From NCBI GenBank assembly GCA_051294905.1, contig CM119371.1, forward strand, positions 19,222,001 through 19,286,000: a stretch of DNA of 64,000 nucleotides, in the 5' to 3' direction. The notes under the pieces are model-generated. The model worked only from the letters and a program-made list of their open reading frames with translations, did not search any database and was not told the DNA's origin. Each line of letters opens with the position of its first letter. Positions within the stretch are counted from its first letter, which is position 1. Source of the stretch: Botryllus schlosseri (lineage: Eukaryota). Of this stretch, positions 12,484 to 24,899 are shown piece after piece. A program made the position numbers and the translations under genes.

Positions 12484-15400
12484 ATCGCGAGTAGCGCACT
12501 CCAGTGTTTATATAGCTCAGTGGTGCTGACGCGCTCTCTGCGCACAGAAAATCTATGTTGCGCACAAAAAATCCGAAGTGATGACTTTTTTTAGTCGTTA
12601 CGCACTGTTGTCCAGTGTCCACGGGTCTGCGCAGTAAATTGTCGAGTGTGCGCAGACTCCCCGAAAATTAGAGGGAACATTGGCTGTGAGGCATTTTAGC
12701 ATCGGTTGCAACCATGCATGTACGACACAGCCAAAAAAATTGATAGATACTGTGGGTGAGCGTCAATATAGATGTGCAGAACCTAGAAGGATTGTTAAAA
12801 GAGGATTTTAAAATATTCTGGCAGCATTTATGTCACCTGATTTTTTAAAAGAAAAGGGTTTATTACGATAATTGTGTGAGCAACTAAGTTGTTTTATATA
12901 GTATATATTGTAATATTGTAGGGCCGAATTCACCAAGGGCCGAGTTCACTGGCAACCATAGTATCAGTATAGCGATTGTACCTTCATAATATAAAATCGG
13001 AACTAACCGGAAACTATCATTGCACTGATTGGTAAACTGCTAACAGATATAACTTTTTACCGGGTCAGGCCGTTGAATCCACATCAATGATGAGAATCGG
13101 CATTGTTCCAAACAATATTCCATCGGCAAAACAATGCACTAGAATGACATTGAGGATAATCACTCCATAGTTGGTATTGTGCACATCGACCAGGCGTGAT
13201 ATGTCGTACTCCTCTCAATAGTTGAATCTTTCACACTGGGGTGTCCGAAAGCGTCTACCAATGCCCATTTATTAAAAATATACCTGGTAAACGTTGTGGG
13301 ACTTCTTTGATATGAACTACCCGTTGTGAAGTGTTCCCCATGAATTGCCTGTAAACCTTGAATAGTAACAAGGAGTACTCGTTAAGATTGATAGCTGGAA
13401 GGATTGTACAAAATAGATGATTTATGCATTTGCGAGCAACATTCTATGGCGTCTTATTCATTGAAAGGTTAGGAAATGATTTTTTAACCTTCTTCATTGT
13501 ATAGTGTGTACGTCTATGGTATTTTATGTATAACCTTCATAACTTTTCGCCATTTGCATCACACTTTATGAATGCTGAGCATGAGCAATGAGCATCAACT
13601 TGCATTGTATGTGCTGCTGCCTCAAATACCCAGGTTATATTTCCAGCAACGTAACTCCACAATCCTCCAATGCGAAATCTCTCCCTTGAATATGCACATT
13701 GCTCATATATATTGCATATCGGTAGTACGGAAAATACTTGACGGATTGAATAAATAACTTGATTTCAATTGTAGTTGACTGGCAAAACTGTGACATAACA
13801 AATTCCCATTCTGTAAATGTCTAATACATAATTTTTTTACAGGACCGTTAACATTTTTTATAAATTATAGTCCATTCTAACTTTCAAGAAAAGATTGTTC
13901 ATGTATTGAAACAGCCGCAAAGCAACCCACAGCCGCGAGGAAATTGAAAATAATTCAGGGATCTTAATAAAAGTGCAAATCATTATCTTATGGGATTCTG
14001 GCACGCCGGGCCGTCCATGAGAAGCAACCATGTCATGTTCCACTTTGCTTCAGACATTGAGATATTTCCAAAGATTGTAGTCAAAATGAATAATACTTTG
14101 ACGAATGGTGCCGGATTGGATTGATACTCATTGGATCGATGATGCAGAGAAAAATAGTCTTGCTGAAAGACTATGCATATTATTTGAGTACGAGAGCAAT
14201 GCAATCTGTGGATAATTTCGTGTGCCTTGTGAATATGACAACCAAGTTCAGCTACAACTGCCATTTAAAGCCATATTGCATTCCAGATAATATTGCTTCA
14301 CTTGTACTAGCTGGAAAAAGATATGCCGCTACTGCAAAACTGGAGATATTCTTATGCCGCAGAAACAGCAACGAAATTCGTGAGCAGGAAAGCTTATCAA
14401 AGAGACAAGAAAACAACAACAATGATAAATTTGATACGGACATTTTTGCCAATCCATTGAGCAGACTACCTCATTATCACCAAGAGATTTGAGTCTTGAT
14501 CCGTTATTGGAATCATTTTTATCCTGATCAGGAAATAATGGCCGCACCTGCGATATGAAGAGGCTTGAAACATACTAGTGTTCAAATGCCATGGTACTTG
14601 ATGCTTCAATGCCCTCCGATGTTCAACGTCATGTGAGATCGCTGCTCTACCATCCAACTGCTGTCCTGTTATTGTCATTATGAGAGGATAAGAAAGCTCG
14701 AAAAAATAACATTTGAGAATATATATTTTTGTTACGTGACAAGAAACATTGACGTTATCAACTACTAGGCACAGTTATTCGATTGTTCATAATAGCACAG
14801 CACATGCAGTTTCATAAATTACAACAAAAATAGATGCAGACAGTACATTTATCGAATGGCTTAAACATAGGTATATCTGATATTGTAATTTGCATAAACA
14901 TGAAAATCCCTTTTTGCTACATATTGACTTGACTTAAATGCTTTCCGTTGACTAGGATTTTGGTTCTTGTTATTCTGAATTTAGATGACAACAAGTCTGA
15001 CATGATAACAGAAGTTGTTTACGCAGATTTCAAGTGCTATAGTAAATGAAATATCCATACCCTGTATAAAAGTCTCAATGATACTATGGTGTTGGTATCC
15101 TCATTAACATTTAGACACGACTAGTATCAGAGCATTTAGGAGTCCATGAAGAGGTGAGGTATTTAAGCTGTTCAAATTCCTGCTTCTGTAACACCCATGC
15201 GATGAGACATTGTTATGATGCTCGGATTCGTTCCATGATCACCTCGACCGTTGAGGGAATAGATGGTGATGTGTAAGTTCGGAAATTTGTTTAGTGAAGG
15301 GGATTGTTGGATAGTCTCTATTCCGTCCCATTCTTCGAAGTCACCATCTTGCAAGTCAACTATGATTGTAAGAGTTGACAAACTGGACTGGACATGGACA

Positions 15401-16559
15401 ACATTACAATTTAATGACTATACAAAGTATATGCTGTGAACAATAATTTATAGATCATTGGCTGTGCACAAGTCTATCAAACCTGACTTGGACAGTGGCA
15501 GGAACTTTCTACCTATTGTGGGTCGCTCTTGCGCACACATACACTTATAAGATATACCATCATATCATTGCAAATTGTACTCATGAAGTAATTTGAAAAA
15601 GTAGGTTAAGACCAGGTTTTGCAGACGTTTCTTAGTCAATTGGATATTGAAATCTACTTGTTGTAGCAGAAAATGAACGGTCTGAAAAGTATTAGAGTAG
15701 TATGAAGAAATGAGTTGGACTTTACTTTGTATACATCTGTTAGTCAATTGTATACTGTATCTACAAGCTGCTGACGATTACTCCTGATAAGTATCAAACA
15801 AAAATATTTTTATTTTTATTCAATTGTATATATGAGCATTCGGATCACAAGATGAATCTCCGTAACAAAGGAATAATGACTATTATTACTTCAAAAACGT
15901 GATGCTTTTTGCGATATCCTCAAGTAGGTTTTGCCTACTTTCACAACTTCAGAAGGCCTGACTTCAGAGTCAGTTTTAGAACCTGCCTGAATTGACTTGA
16001 AAAATTCAGAAATGACTTCGTGACTTGATTAAAAATTTGCAATGACTTGAAGATAGTGACCTGATCCCAACTCTAGCTCGTACTGTGAAGTATCCACCTG
16101 TATTTGATATTGCGAGACCACCTCCGATCGTTCATCAGATAGGCACACTGGTACATCAGTTTCGTCTGAATATTAAGCCATGCTACTGGTATTGGCCAAA
16201 ACCTGTGCAGTATGCACACATTTCACGTGCAAAAGAGGTCTCGATAAAAAAACTTTTCACTACGTTAACGCCAGTTACTGAAGAAAGATTGCTGGCGAAC
16301 CGTTCGTTTACATCGATTTCATACAGCTGGTGAAGCATGACTCGCGACACGCTCAAACGCAGAGCTCACTGGAGTTTCCAATCATTGTATATATATCATT
16401 GGTTTCGTTTGATTACTCATTTTTGATGTGTTCTGGTTTCTTGAAATATGCTCGAGTTTAGATTGTTCTTGTTTTGAATCTGTATTCGATTGACTCTGGT
16501 TCAAGAGAATCCCGCTACGTAGTACGTTTTTTAAAGAGTGTTTCACTCACCGCGAATGG

Positions 16560-17936
16560 TTTGAACAGAAACATGAACAAGGAATGGTAAAATAAACGGT
16601 GAACATTGAGTTTGTAACTCTGCGTGGAACAATGAATGTGCTTTCTCAGATATAATGGAAAACTGATGTGTCATATTTGTCGAAAAACAGTTTTCGTAAG
16701 TCGTAACGAAGCAATGAAGCTTAAAATTATACCACGACAGTTTCGTCTGGAGTTATACCTATCGCCTGATCTTAAAAAAACGTAGCCAGCTAGGTGTCAA
16801 GCCCAGCAATCCATATTTCGAAGCATTGTAAAATTGCCGACGACGTTGCAGACACTTCGTTCAAAATTGCTGGGAATATCGCAAAACCCAAGAAATCTGC
16901 TAGATAAGGTGTGATTTCAATAAAACTGAGCGATTATTCGCTGTTTCCGGAATTTGGCAGCAATGACAACATCACCTAACATATTTCGAAGAAACTGTTG
17001 TCTGATTCAACCATAGTGTCCTATATGGTGTCGACACAAGCAAATCTCACGGCTCAGTGAAATTGTATCACGTCACAATTTCCATTTGGCTACAGGCAAT
17101 TTGACGGTCATTTTTGACCGGCTTACCGAGCATGAAATTTGGTAAAACGGGTATCAATCGAAAGCTGACTCTGCACTGATTACGAAAATATAAATTTTAT
17201 TCCGCTCGTGGCCCTGGAACTCCCACAATCAGCCTCGATTTTTCATTGTTATGGAGATTGGCATTGGGACGCAACAATGCTGTCTGGCGAAACGAGAGTG
17301 TAGCTCAAGAGAAAAAGGTCCAAAAAGCATTGTTGCGTCCAAATGCCAACCTCCATAACGACCAAATGAGTAACAGCGATGTCAGTCGATCTTTTATCGC
17401 ATGTTCTGAAACACATTGCCGCGTAGACTACTTTTGCCTAGCATTGGACGAATTCACCAACTCCACAGACATTGCATAGCTAATTATCTGGGTGCATTTT
17501 ATCAGAGTGGACATATTTGCAGATGAAATGCTGGCTGGACAAACGTGGGAGGCTGACCAGCATAAAAACATCAACTTGACAAAGCTAACTTATGTGACTA
17601 ATGGTGCATGGCCCCCGCTATGGAATGAAAAGAGAAGGGTTGATCGGTTTGCTCAGAAGAAATGACCCCGAACGCCAGACTTCTTCTTCTATCACTGAGA
17701 AATCAATGTGATAATGGCCTCTTACGAAAAAGTGACCGTAATTTCATACATGCTCGATTGCTCGCTCACGCTTTGAAGCAGAGAGTTCGGTTCTCTGGTG
17801 GAAGGGTGGAAGGCCCGCATACCACTGGTAAATAGGCTATAGTAGCCAACAAATACATGGTAATAATGTTCTGCCGCCCGCAGCGTTTTTTGCCTTAAAA
17901 TGCGGCCCGTTATACAAGGGAAGTTGAGAACCCCTA
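16560..17936 (+). pseudogene. Decayed hAT (Buster/Charlie, ZBED5/GTF2IRD2-like) transposase and right terminus
   Basis: Fragments NGKLMCHICRKTV, SFKIAGNIAKPKK, YFCLALDEFTNSTDIA*LII..FIRVD and KLTYVTNGA..KGLIGLL, with stops and frameshifts. Terminus GCGGCCCG...GTTGAGAACCCCT. Confidence 0.75.
17012..17359 (+). mobile_element. Truncated member of the 32348-33938 foldback family, inserted in the hAT relic
   Basis: ~300 bp nearly identical to 32348-32648 (CATAGTGTCCTATATGGTGTCGACAC...). Only ~34 bp of the right arm remains (17326-17359). Confidence 0.85.
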
Positions 17937-18311
17937 CCCTAAATTCATTTTTATTGAAGTTTCAGGTCATTTGTCGTTATTCAATGTCCTAATGCACACT
18001 AAATGTAAAGCAAAAGAATATAGTATAGAAAAACAAACCGACAAAAATTCGAACTTGAGATTCCACTCAGAAAGCTATAAGCCTGTATCAGACGAGGCGA
18101 TGTCGGCGATGTCGGCCGATAATTTCTCTACCATCATGTGAGAGATCGTTGCACTTGATTAGTTTCAGAAAGCGTTGACCCGTTGCATTTGAACCTTCTC
18201 GGGATGATTGACATATGCGAATCGGTTTTTTTTTGTCGTTGTACAATGTAAAATGTACACTGTACAGTACACTACCATATTCTGATGCCTGTTGAATGTG
18301 TTCATGCTGCA

Positions 18312-19748
18312 ATGTCTTGTCGAATGAAACCTTCTCGGAACCATGGTAGTATTGGCATTTGTAAGGGTAGGTCAAAAAAATTGAAAGTAGCACGAGTATT
18401 GACTGCCGTGATAGCTGGCGAAGAATGTGCGCGTATTGGTGCTACTCGAAGGTGGTGGGTACATCCGATTTTGCAACGCCGGCCTATACTGGGTAAGTGA
18501 AGTAGCTCAATAGTTTTTTTTCTCGTTGTAAAATACTATGATTATTTTTAGGGGAGTTTCACAGACTGGTACAGGAATTGAGACTGGAAAGGCAGTCATC
18601 CTTCCAGGTATATTTTAGGATGACACCGACTCGTTTTGAGGAGATACTCCGTCTGGTTGCACCTCACATCAGGAAACAGACTACTGTTATGAGAAGACCT
18701 ATTCCACCAGCCGAAAGGTTGGCCATCACACTACGGTATGAACAAATACTGCCTTTTTGGTACTTTTCAAAACTGTTTTTGATATACTTGTATCACTTAC
18801 AGATTTCTGGTGACTGGTGACTCTTACCAGACAATAGGCTTCTCGTACCGTTGCGGAAGCAATACTGTCGGGATTATCGTCCTTGACACGTGCAAAGCTT
18901 TATGGCACATCTTGCATCCGATGGTAATGAAGGTGCCCGATGAAGCCATGTGGCGAAGAATTGCTCGGGAATTTTTCAACCTTTGGAATTTTCCCAACTG
19001 CATTGGTAGCATCGACGGGAAGCATGTGCTCATGCAGAAACCGATACATTCCGGCTCACAATTTTTTAACTACAAAAAAACATTCAGCACTGTCCTTATG
19101 GCAGTGGTTGATGCAAATTATCGTTTCATTGCGGTTGATTGTGGCTCATATGGGAAGGAATCCGATTCGACCATATTTCGAAGATCTATTTTTGGACAGA
19201 GGCTCGAGCAGAATCAACTGAATATCCCTTCTGATGAGCCCCTGCCCAACAATGTATCGCCAACACCATTTGTTTATGTTGGGGATGAAGCGTTCTCTCT
19301 TCAAACACATTTGATGAGACCTTTTCCTGGCAGAAATCTGAACGACAGCCGGAGAATTTTCAACTATAGACTGTCAAGAGCGAGGAGAACGGTTGAAAAT
19401 GCTTTTGGTATCATGTCATCGAGATTTAGAATTTTTCGGCGACCTATAATCCTGGCTCCTGAACGTGCTGATGCAGTTGTGCAGGCATGCACTGTGTTGC
19501 ACAACTACTTGCGAGAACACACCCTTTACTGGGATTCGGGGTTAGTGGATCGGGAAGATGAGATGGGAGAATTTTACCCTGGTCAATGGAGATCAGAGCC
19601 ACAAGTACATGCTCCGATCATTGGTTCTGGTGGCAGAATTAGCAGGCGGGCAGAAGACGTCAGAGACACCTTCAAGACCTACTTTACCAGCGAAAGTGGG
19701 TCATTGCCTTGGCAGAACAATGTTTTGTATTCTGGTAATACAATATAA
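18312..19748 (+). CDS. Harbinger DDE transposase (HARBI1-like, DDE_Tnp_4); exons ~18312-18492, 18552-18735, 18803-19748 (start uncertain)
   Basis: RRWWVHP..G|EFHRLVQEL..YFRMTP..F..ERLAITLR|FLVTGDSY..FPNCIGSIDGKH..FFNYKKTFS..VGDEAF..FNYRLSRARRTVENAFGI. D-D-E triad intact and introns in phase. Confidence 0.93.
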
Positions 19749-20022
19749 CTTGCCGTTACATGAATGTGTTCACTTTATTCAATATCCGATTTTTGCGAAG
19801 TCAGTAATTACGATCTAATTTGGAAATCAACTGTGTAGCCCTAATTCTAATCTAATTTGAAGAAACTTGTGTAATTCTAATCGAATTTGGAAAAAGCTGT
19901 GTAGCTCTAATTATAATCCTAGTCCAATTTTGAAAATCTTGGGTAGCTCTAATTCTAATCAAGTCGGAAAAGCTGAAAATTTTCTAGAAATGTCCAAGTC
20001 TGGTCCTGACCACATAACACAC

Positions 20023-20344
20023 CCGTGTTGGGATCAAGTCACTACCTTCGAGTCACGAGTCATTGCACATTTTGACTCGAGTCAAGATTGCACATTTTGA
20101 CTCGAGTCAAGTCAAACGCCCGTTCATTGAATTAGTCGCTCTCACGGGTTACACGAGCGTATCGCGAGCAATCCGACCGTATGCAAGATACAATGATTTT
20201 TATCGACACCGATTAGTTGATGACTTGAAATTGACTCGTGAATTTTGTTCCGAGTCACGAGTCAATCCACATTTTAGATACGTCGAGTCAAGTCAAGTCA
20301 TACGAAAAAGGTGACTCGAGTCAAGTCGAGTCATCCCAACACTG
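20023..20344. mobile_element. hAT-type MITE (GACTCGAGTC-rich) between the Harbinger genes
   Basis: TIR C(C)GTGTTGGGAT and ATCCCAACACTG. Perfect TSD TAACACAC. Related longer copy at ~60176-60949. Confidence 0.85.
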
Positions 20345-20664
20345 TAACACACTGATTTCTTATAAGCCTAATCCAGGGGTTTTCAAGCATTTTGCTATTC
20401 ACGGTCGTACTCATACCCGTGTTAAATTGGCTACCGGAAACTTCGCACCGTGACAAGCCCTTTTGGTGTTCTTTCCCATCACCGATGTCTTGAGACATAC
20501 TTTGCGTATAAAACGTTTTTAATTTTATCAGTATCCGCAGGATTACTATATAGGTACCGCACCGAAATCGCGAGTTCAAAAGCCCAAGGCGAGACAAGTC
20601 ATTTCCGCATTTGGAGAATATGAGAAGAGTCAAGTCGAACCATCAGAAAATCAGTTTTTTGAGT

Positions 20665-22128
20665 TCATTGACACATAGATGATGACAACGGAATATCTGC
20701 ATCGGTCTGCACAGCTAATGCTTCTTCAATAAGAGAATGAATTTTCATTTGGACTTTGCTTTTATGTACATAATCCGTCAGTCTTTTCAACTTCTTGCAC
20801 ATAGCTGCCATGAAGAGTTCATCTTCGTCATATTCTGAAGCAAATTCGGGATATCAGATAAAGCTCAAGTATTTTATGCTTAAATAAATAGTCACCTGGT
20901 GATGGTTCCTTCAGATCTGCAATAAGACTAGCCACATCTGAAGAAATCCCTCTTTTATGACCTCTCTTCTGTTTTTTCCTATTCAATGGTGTGCAACCTG
21001 GAAAAAGAAAATCATTCTTACAGCATTCGGTATTGAGCACTTCATAAGGTTTGAAATTAATCGACTCTTCCTGTCACTGGGTTGTACAGAGGAGATCGGG
21101 AATTGGCCGTTGTTTAATGAAGAGCAATCTTATCACATAATATCTCATTTTGTCGCAGTGGAATCAAAGTGACTGATGTCCATTTTACACATTTGTAGTG
21201 CAAAGCATTTGGAGTGATATGTAAGTTTGTTACCACGACCATTCACATCTCCGTGTTCAGTAACCGGCGTGATACCACCGTCATGTGCAACTTCGAGATG
21301 AGAATCTGACGATGGCTGATAGTCCTCGTCGGAATCAATGCAACCGAAATCAGACATGTTAATTGTGTCCATGTTCGAATTTGTGCTACAAAAATGAGAC
21401 ACCAAACACAGTTAGTAGCTTCTATGATACAGATTTTGTCACCTACTGCCTAGGCATGGTTGGCGCCACTAAGAACTGCAGTTGCTGATAATATTGCCAC
21501 GTTGATGATGTGCTGGCCGCTGCACCAGACTTGCTGGAGTTCTTCATTTTATTCTGTTCTCTTGTAAATCTGGTTCTCAAAGATTTCCATTTGATACGCA
21601 CCTGTTGCTCTGAAAATGTCACCCTCATGATTACAATTCAACTTGCTGAACTTACTGTCAATGTGACTTGAGCTGCTTCTTCCACAAACCAATTTATCAT
21701 TCACCTTAGCATACTAATATATAATAATATTGCACTGTCATTCATGACGTTACTAACTACTACATGTACTCGTATGCAGAGAGGCTCATTCTTTCAACCT
21801 AATCACTTCATAACGCTCATAAAGTGTCGTAAAAGATATCACTGATGTGGCATGCTAATCCTCAAACACAGTTTAATAATTATAAATTAGATGAACTGAT
21901 GCTTCGTCTCGTACATCAAAACATATCATATTGGACTGCCTAGTTCAATTATTTGTGTTTGATGATAAAAAGTATATAGATTTTACCTGAACGTTTCAAA
22001 CTTTCAGCGATTTGGCGCCATGCAAAATTCTTTATAATCTGGTTGTAATAATCCCGCCGTCTCGTGTCATAAATGATCGGACGTTTCGCCACCTCGCTAA
22101 TTAACAATTCGAGAAAGTCAGTCTCCAT
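20665..22128 (-). CDS. Harbinger accessory MADF-BESS DNA-binding protein; exons 22128-21987, 21609-21447, 21385-21234, 20997-20896, 20834-20665
   Basis: METDFLELLISEVAKRPIIYDTRRRDYYNQIIKNFAWRQIA..|..KWKSLRTRFTRE..SKSGAAA..WQYYQQLQFL (MADF) and DEDELFMAAMCKKLKRL..KVQMKIHSLI (BESS-like). GT-AG junctions join in phase. Confidence 0.85.
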
Positions 22129-22421
22129 TTTATCATAAGATCTATAATAAACGAAAGAGGTCGTTCATTTCGCCAAGTCTCGCCAGGAGGTCTGTCCGCC
22201 ATACGGCTTGAGCAGAAGTGACGCTATTCAAGTCTCGACACTGGTTTATATATGGATACGCATGAGCGCATCTCTCACTTCTCTCATCGCCGGCGATGTC
22301 GCCGAGTTAATTGACACTGTCAATGAAAATCGGCGGCGATTCGGCCGATGGCAGCGATGATAAAACAAACACTAACGCTCCGCCGACATCGCCTCGTCTG
22401 ATACAGGCTATAGCCTACATC

Positions 22422-22515
22422 CAGGGACGTAACTGCCGCATTCCAACCCCCCCCCCAATTGGGGAGCCCAAGACCAACGTTTGGGGGGGGCTGACGAAGT
22501 GCTGTTACGGCCCTG
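22422..22515. mobile_element. 94-bp hAT mini-element (same family as 35610 and 44347)
   Basis: CAGGGACGTAAC...GTTACGGCCCTG. Perfect TSD CCTACATC. Confidence 0.88.
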
Positions 22516-23304
22516 CCTACATCATACGCCTATATAGATACATAATTTATTAGATTCGCCTCACCAGGAGAATTTGAAACATTCAAATAAGCGGCATGAA
22601 CAGGTAACGGACAATGTGACTGGGTGGTCAATATATAAATCGCTCAATGAGTGTTAAACAGACATGAAGTACTAACTTTAACGTTAAATCGTTGTAGGAC
22701 GAAAATCTTTGTTGCCATTCGCCAAACAGTAAATCCAATCCTAATCCTTTGAAAATAAAATCTCAAATCCTAATCCGGCGAAATTTCCTAAATCCGGTTT
22801 TTCGAAATCGTAATCCTAATGACCTAATCCAAGCTCATTGCTCATCTCTGATGTCTTGCGTAAGCCATAAGGAATGAAAAAACACGAAGACAATACGCAT
22901 ATTTGTTAATACGCGATAAGTGCATCCATATATAATCTAGCAAAATGATGAAAAGTATTTCAATCAATGAATGGACGCATTCAAACTTGAAAGACATCCT
23001 TGTCAATTAGTTTTTACTCTCGCTGTTTGATGACACAAAGTGGGTACTCAACGTTTTATGACTTTTGCTTGATATGAAACAGCGTTTCACATCGTTAATT
23101 CGAGTATACAAATACGAAACGCTGTCGTGTCAAAACTGCCCAAAATAAAATTTGAAAAATGCCAAAATAAAGCTATTTTTGGATAAACTTAACACTTCCT
23201 GTGCCAAATGCCTCCATGGCATATGGTAAAACTAGTATGTGTTATCGAAGGTGTGTCGGGAGATTGCAGTACGGACTGTTAGTTCAATGGGTCGCGAATC
23301 CAAT

Positions 23305-23422
23305 TCACTCATGGTATGCATATACGCTGATCGTGTGTATGTATATCATGAATCGGTGTATATGCCACAAAAACATCAAGGACAAAAATAAACGACGTCT
23401 TTTCCTTTCCTTTCCTTCCTTG
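23305..23422 (+). mobile_element. 3' fragment of the SINE at 61612-61944
   Basis: CACTCATGGTATGCATAT..CATCAAGGACAAAAATAAAC plus a (TTTCC)n tail matches 61834-61944. Confidence 0.8.
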
Positions 23423-23756
23423 TCTAGCCCTGACATCTGAGTTTAGGAGTAAAACTGATTATGCGGCGATACCATTGGAAAAGAAGCGTCAGGCAATGTT
23501 AGGTTGTGGTTCACGTCAACCAAAATTTACTTGGCTAACTACATTCATTATCTCCCCTCAATCCCTTGACTTGATATCTACCGGAAGTAGTTTGAACATG
23601 CCCTGTAAGTTGCTACTTCTCTATCTACTCGAGTATATCAATGGATTGATTTCGTATCCTACACGGCACTGTATTTATAGCGATCCCTTTCAAAATCAAC
23701 GATTTATTGGGTGAATTCAAAGTAGAGTAGCGTTGCTGCATGTTTTAATATGTAAC

Positions 23757-24246
23757 TAGGGCTGGGCACAATGATTCAAGTACTGGAATCTGAATCGAGT
23801 ACCAATTTTAATGATTCGAGTCGAGTAGTAAAATACGATTATTTTCGGGTGAAAGTTAATTTATCAACGAGGACTGTAGTTTCGATAGTATTTTTCACTG
23901 AAGAAGCCTTGAAACCTTGAACAGCTGCGTCCCAGCATGCGAAACATATAGTACAAAGTTACGAAGGTTGCTGGAAATAACACATTTCCGAACTACTGCT
24001 CATCCCAAACCATTGTCACAAAGTTCAATGAAATCGGTATGGTCGAAAAATAACCAAAGTATCTTTAAAGTGATGTATACCAGACATTGTATTCTTGTTG
24101 TGGCATAAAAGGCACATATTTGAACTTTGACATATTACATTCGGTTATGACGCCATAATATTTGATACTCGAATTCTCGACTCGACTCGAAGCAAAATAC
24201 GCATTCAGATTCGAATCACTCAAGTACTCGATTTTCCCCCGCCTGA
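23757..24246 (-). mobile_element. hAT MITE (TAGGGCTGGGCA termini)
   Basis: TSD TATGTAAC on both sides. Inverted, diverged copy of 24397-24899. Confidence 0.82.
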
Positions 24247-24396
24247 TATGTAACACACTCTGCGGGATTAGCACACGGCGCACTAACACCATGGCATTGA
24301 GCACAATATTAAAATACGAAAAAAACATCTAGTTCTCCAAAAAGTCAGTGATTATTGCAGTCAACGCATATGAATTGACGAACAGCATATTATATC

Positions 24397-24899
24397 TAGG
24401 GCTGGGCAAAATCGAGTACCTGAGTGATTCGATTCTGAATCACGTAAAATGATTCGAGTCGAGTATTCGAGTATCACCAATTATGACGTCACAACAGAAT
24501 GTACTATGTCAAAGTTCAAATATGTACATTTTATGCCACCACGAAGAACATAATGCATGTTACTCGTCACATTAATGATAATTCGGTATTTTTTCGACCG
24601 TACCGACTTCATTGCACTTCATGAAAATGTTGTGGAACGATCATGACTTCGGAAATGTTCAGTAACGTTCGTAGCTTTGTACTATGTCTATTATGCTGCG
24701 ACACGCCCAATCAAGGTTTCAAGGCTTCCTCAGTGGAAAATAGTATCAAATCTATAATCCTCGTTTGTAAATTGACTTTCAGTTGCGAGGAGCGTATAAT
24801 TTCAGTACTCGAAAAAATCGTATTTTACTACTCGACTCGAATCATTAAAATTAATACTCGATTCAGATTCGAGTACTCGAATCATTGTGCCCAGCCCTA
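24397..24899 (+). mobile_element. hAT MITE (TAGGGCTGGGCA termini)
   Basis: TIR TAGGGCTGGGCA and TGCCCAGCCCTA. Perfect TSD ATTATATC. Confidence 0.9.

Larger units (their letters stand above)
1777..12522 (+). mobile_element. P-element-like (THAP) DNA transposon, internally rearranged, non-autonomous
   Basis: Perfect 8-bp TSD GTGCTGAC (1769-1776, 12523-12530) with a GT..AC P-like target. CA...TG ends, ~230-bp subterminal inverted repeats and a THAP gene. Confidence 0.8.
1730..12682. mobile_element. ~200-bp hAT-type MITE split by a 10.7-kb insertion
   Basis: TIR CAATGTTCCCTCTAA (1730) and TTAGAGGGAACATTG (ends 12682). Perfect 8-bp TSD GCTGTGAG at 1722-1729 and 12683-12690. Confidence 0.9.
18080..22409. 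mobile_element. Full-length PIF/Harbinger DNA transposon
   Basis: Perfect 29-bp TIR AGCCTGTATCAGACGAGGCGATGTCGGCG, 3-bp TSD ATA (18077-18079, 22410-22412), two convergent genes. Confidence 0.95.

Noticed and set aside
12900..16402. Exon-like minus-strand stretches, a GGCCGAGTTCACTGGCAACC end and a P-like TATATATATCATTG end
   Set aside because: No recognisable protein motif and no partner terminus or TSD found, so no call can be supported.
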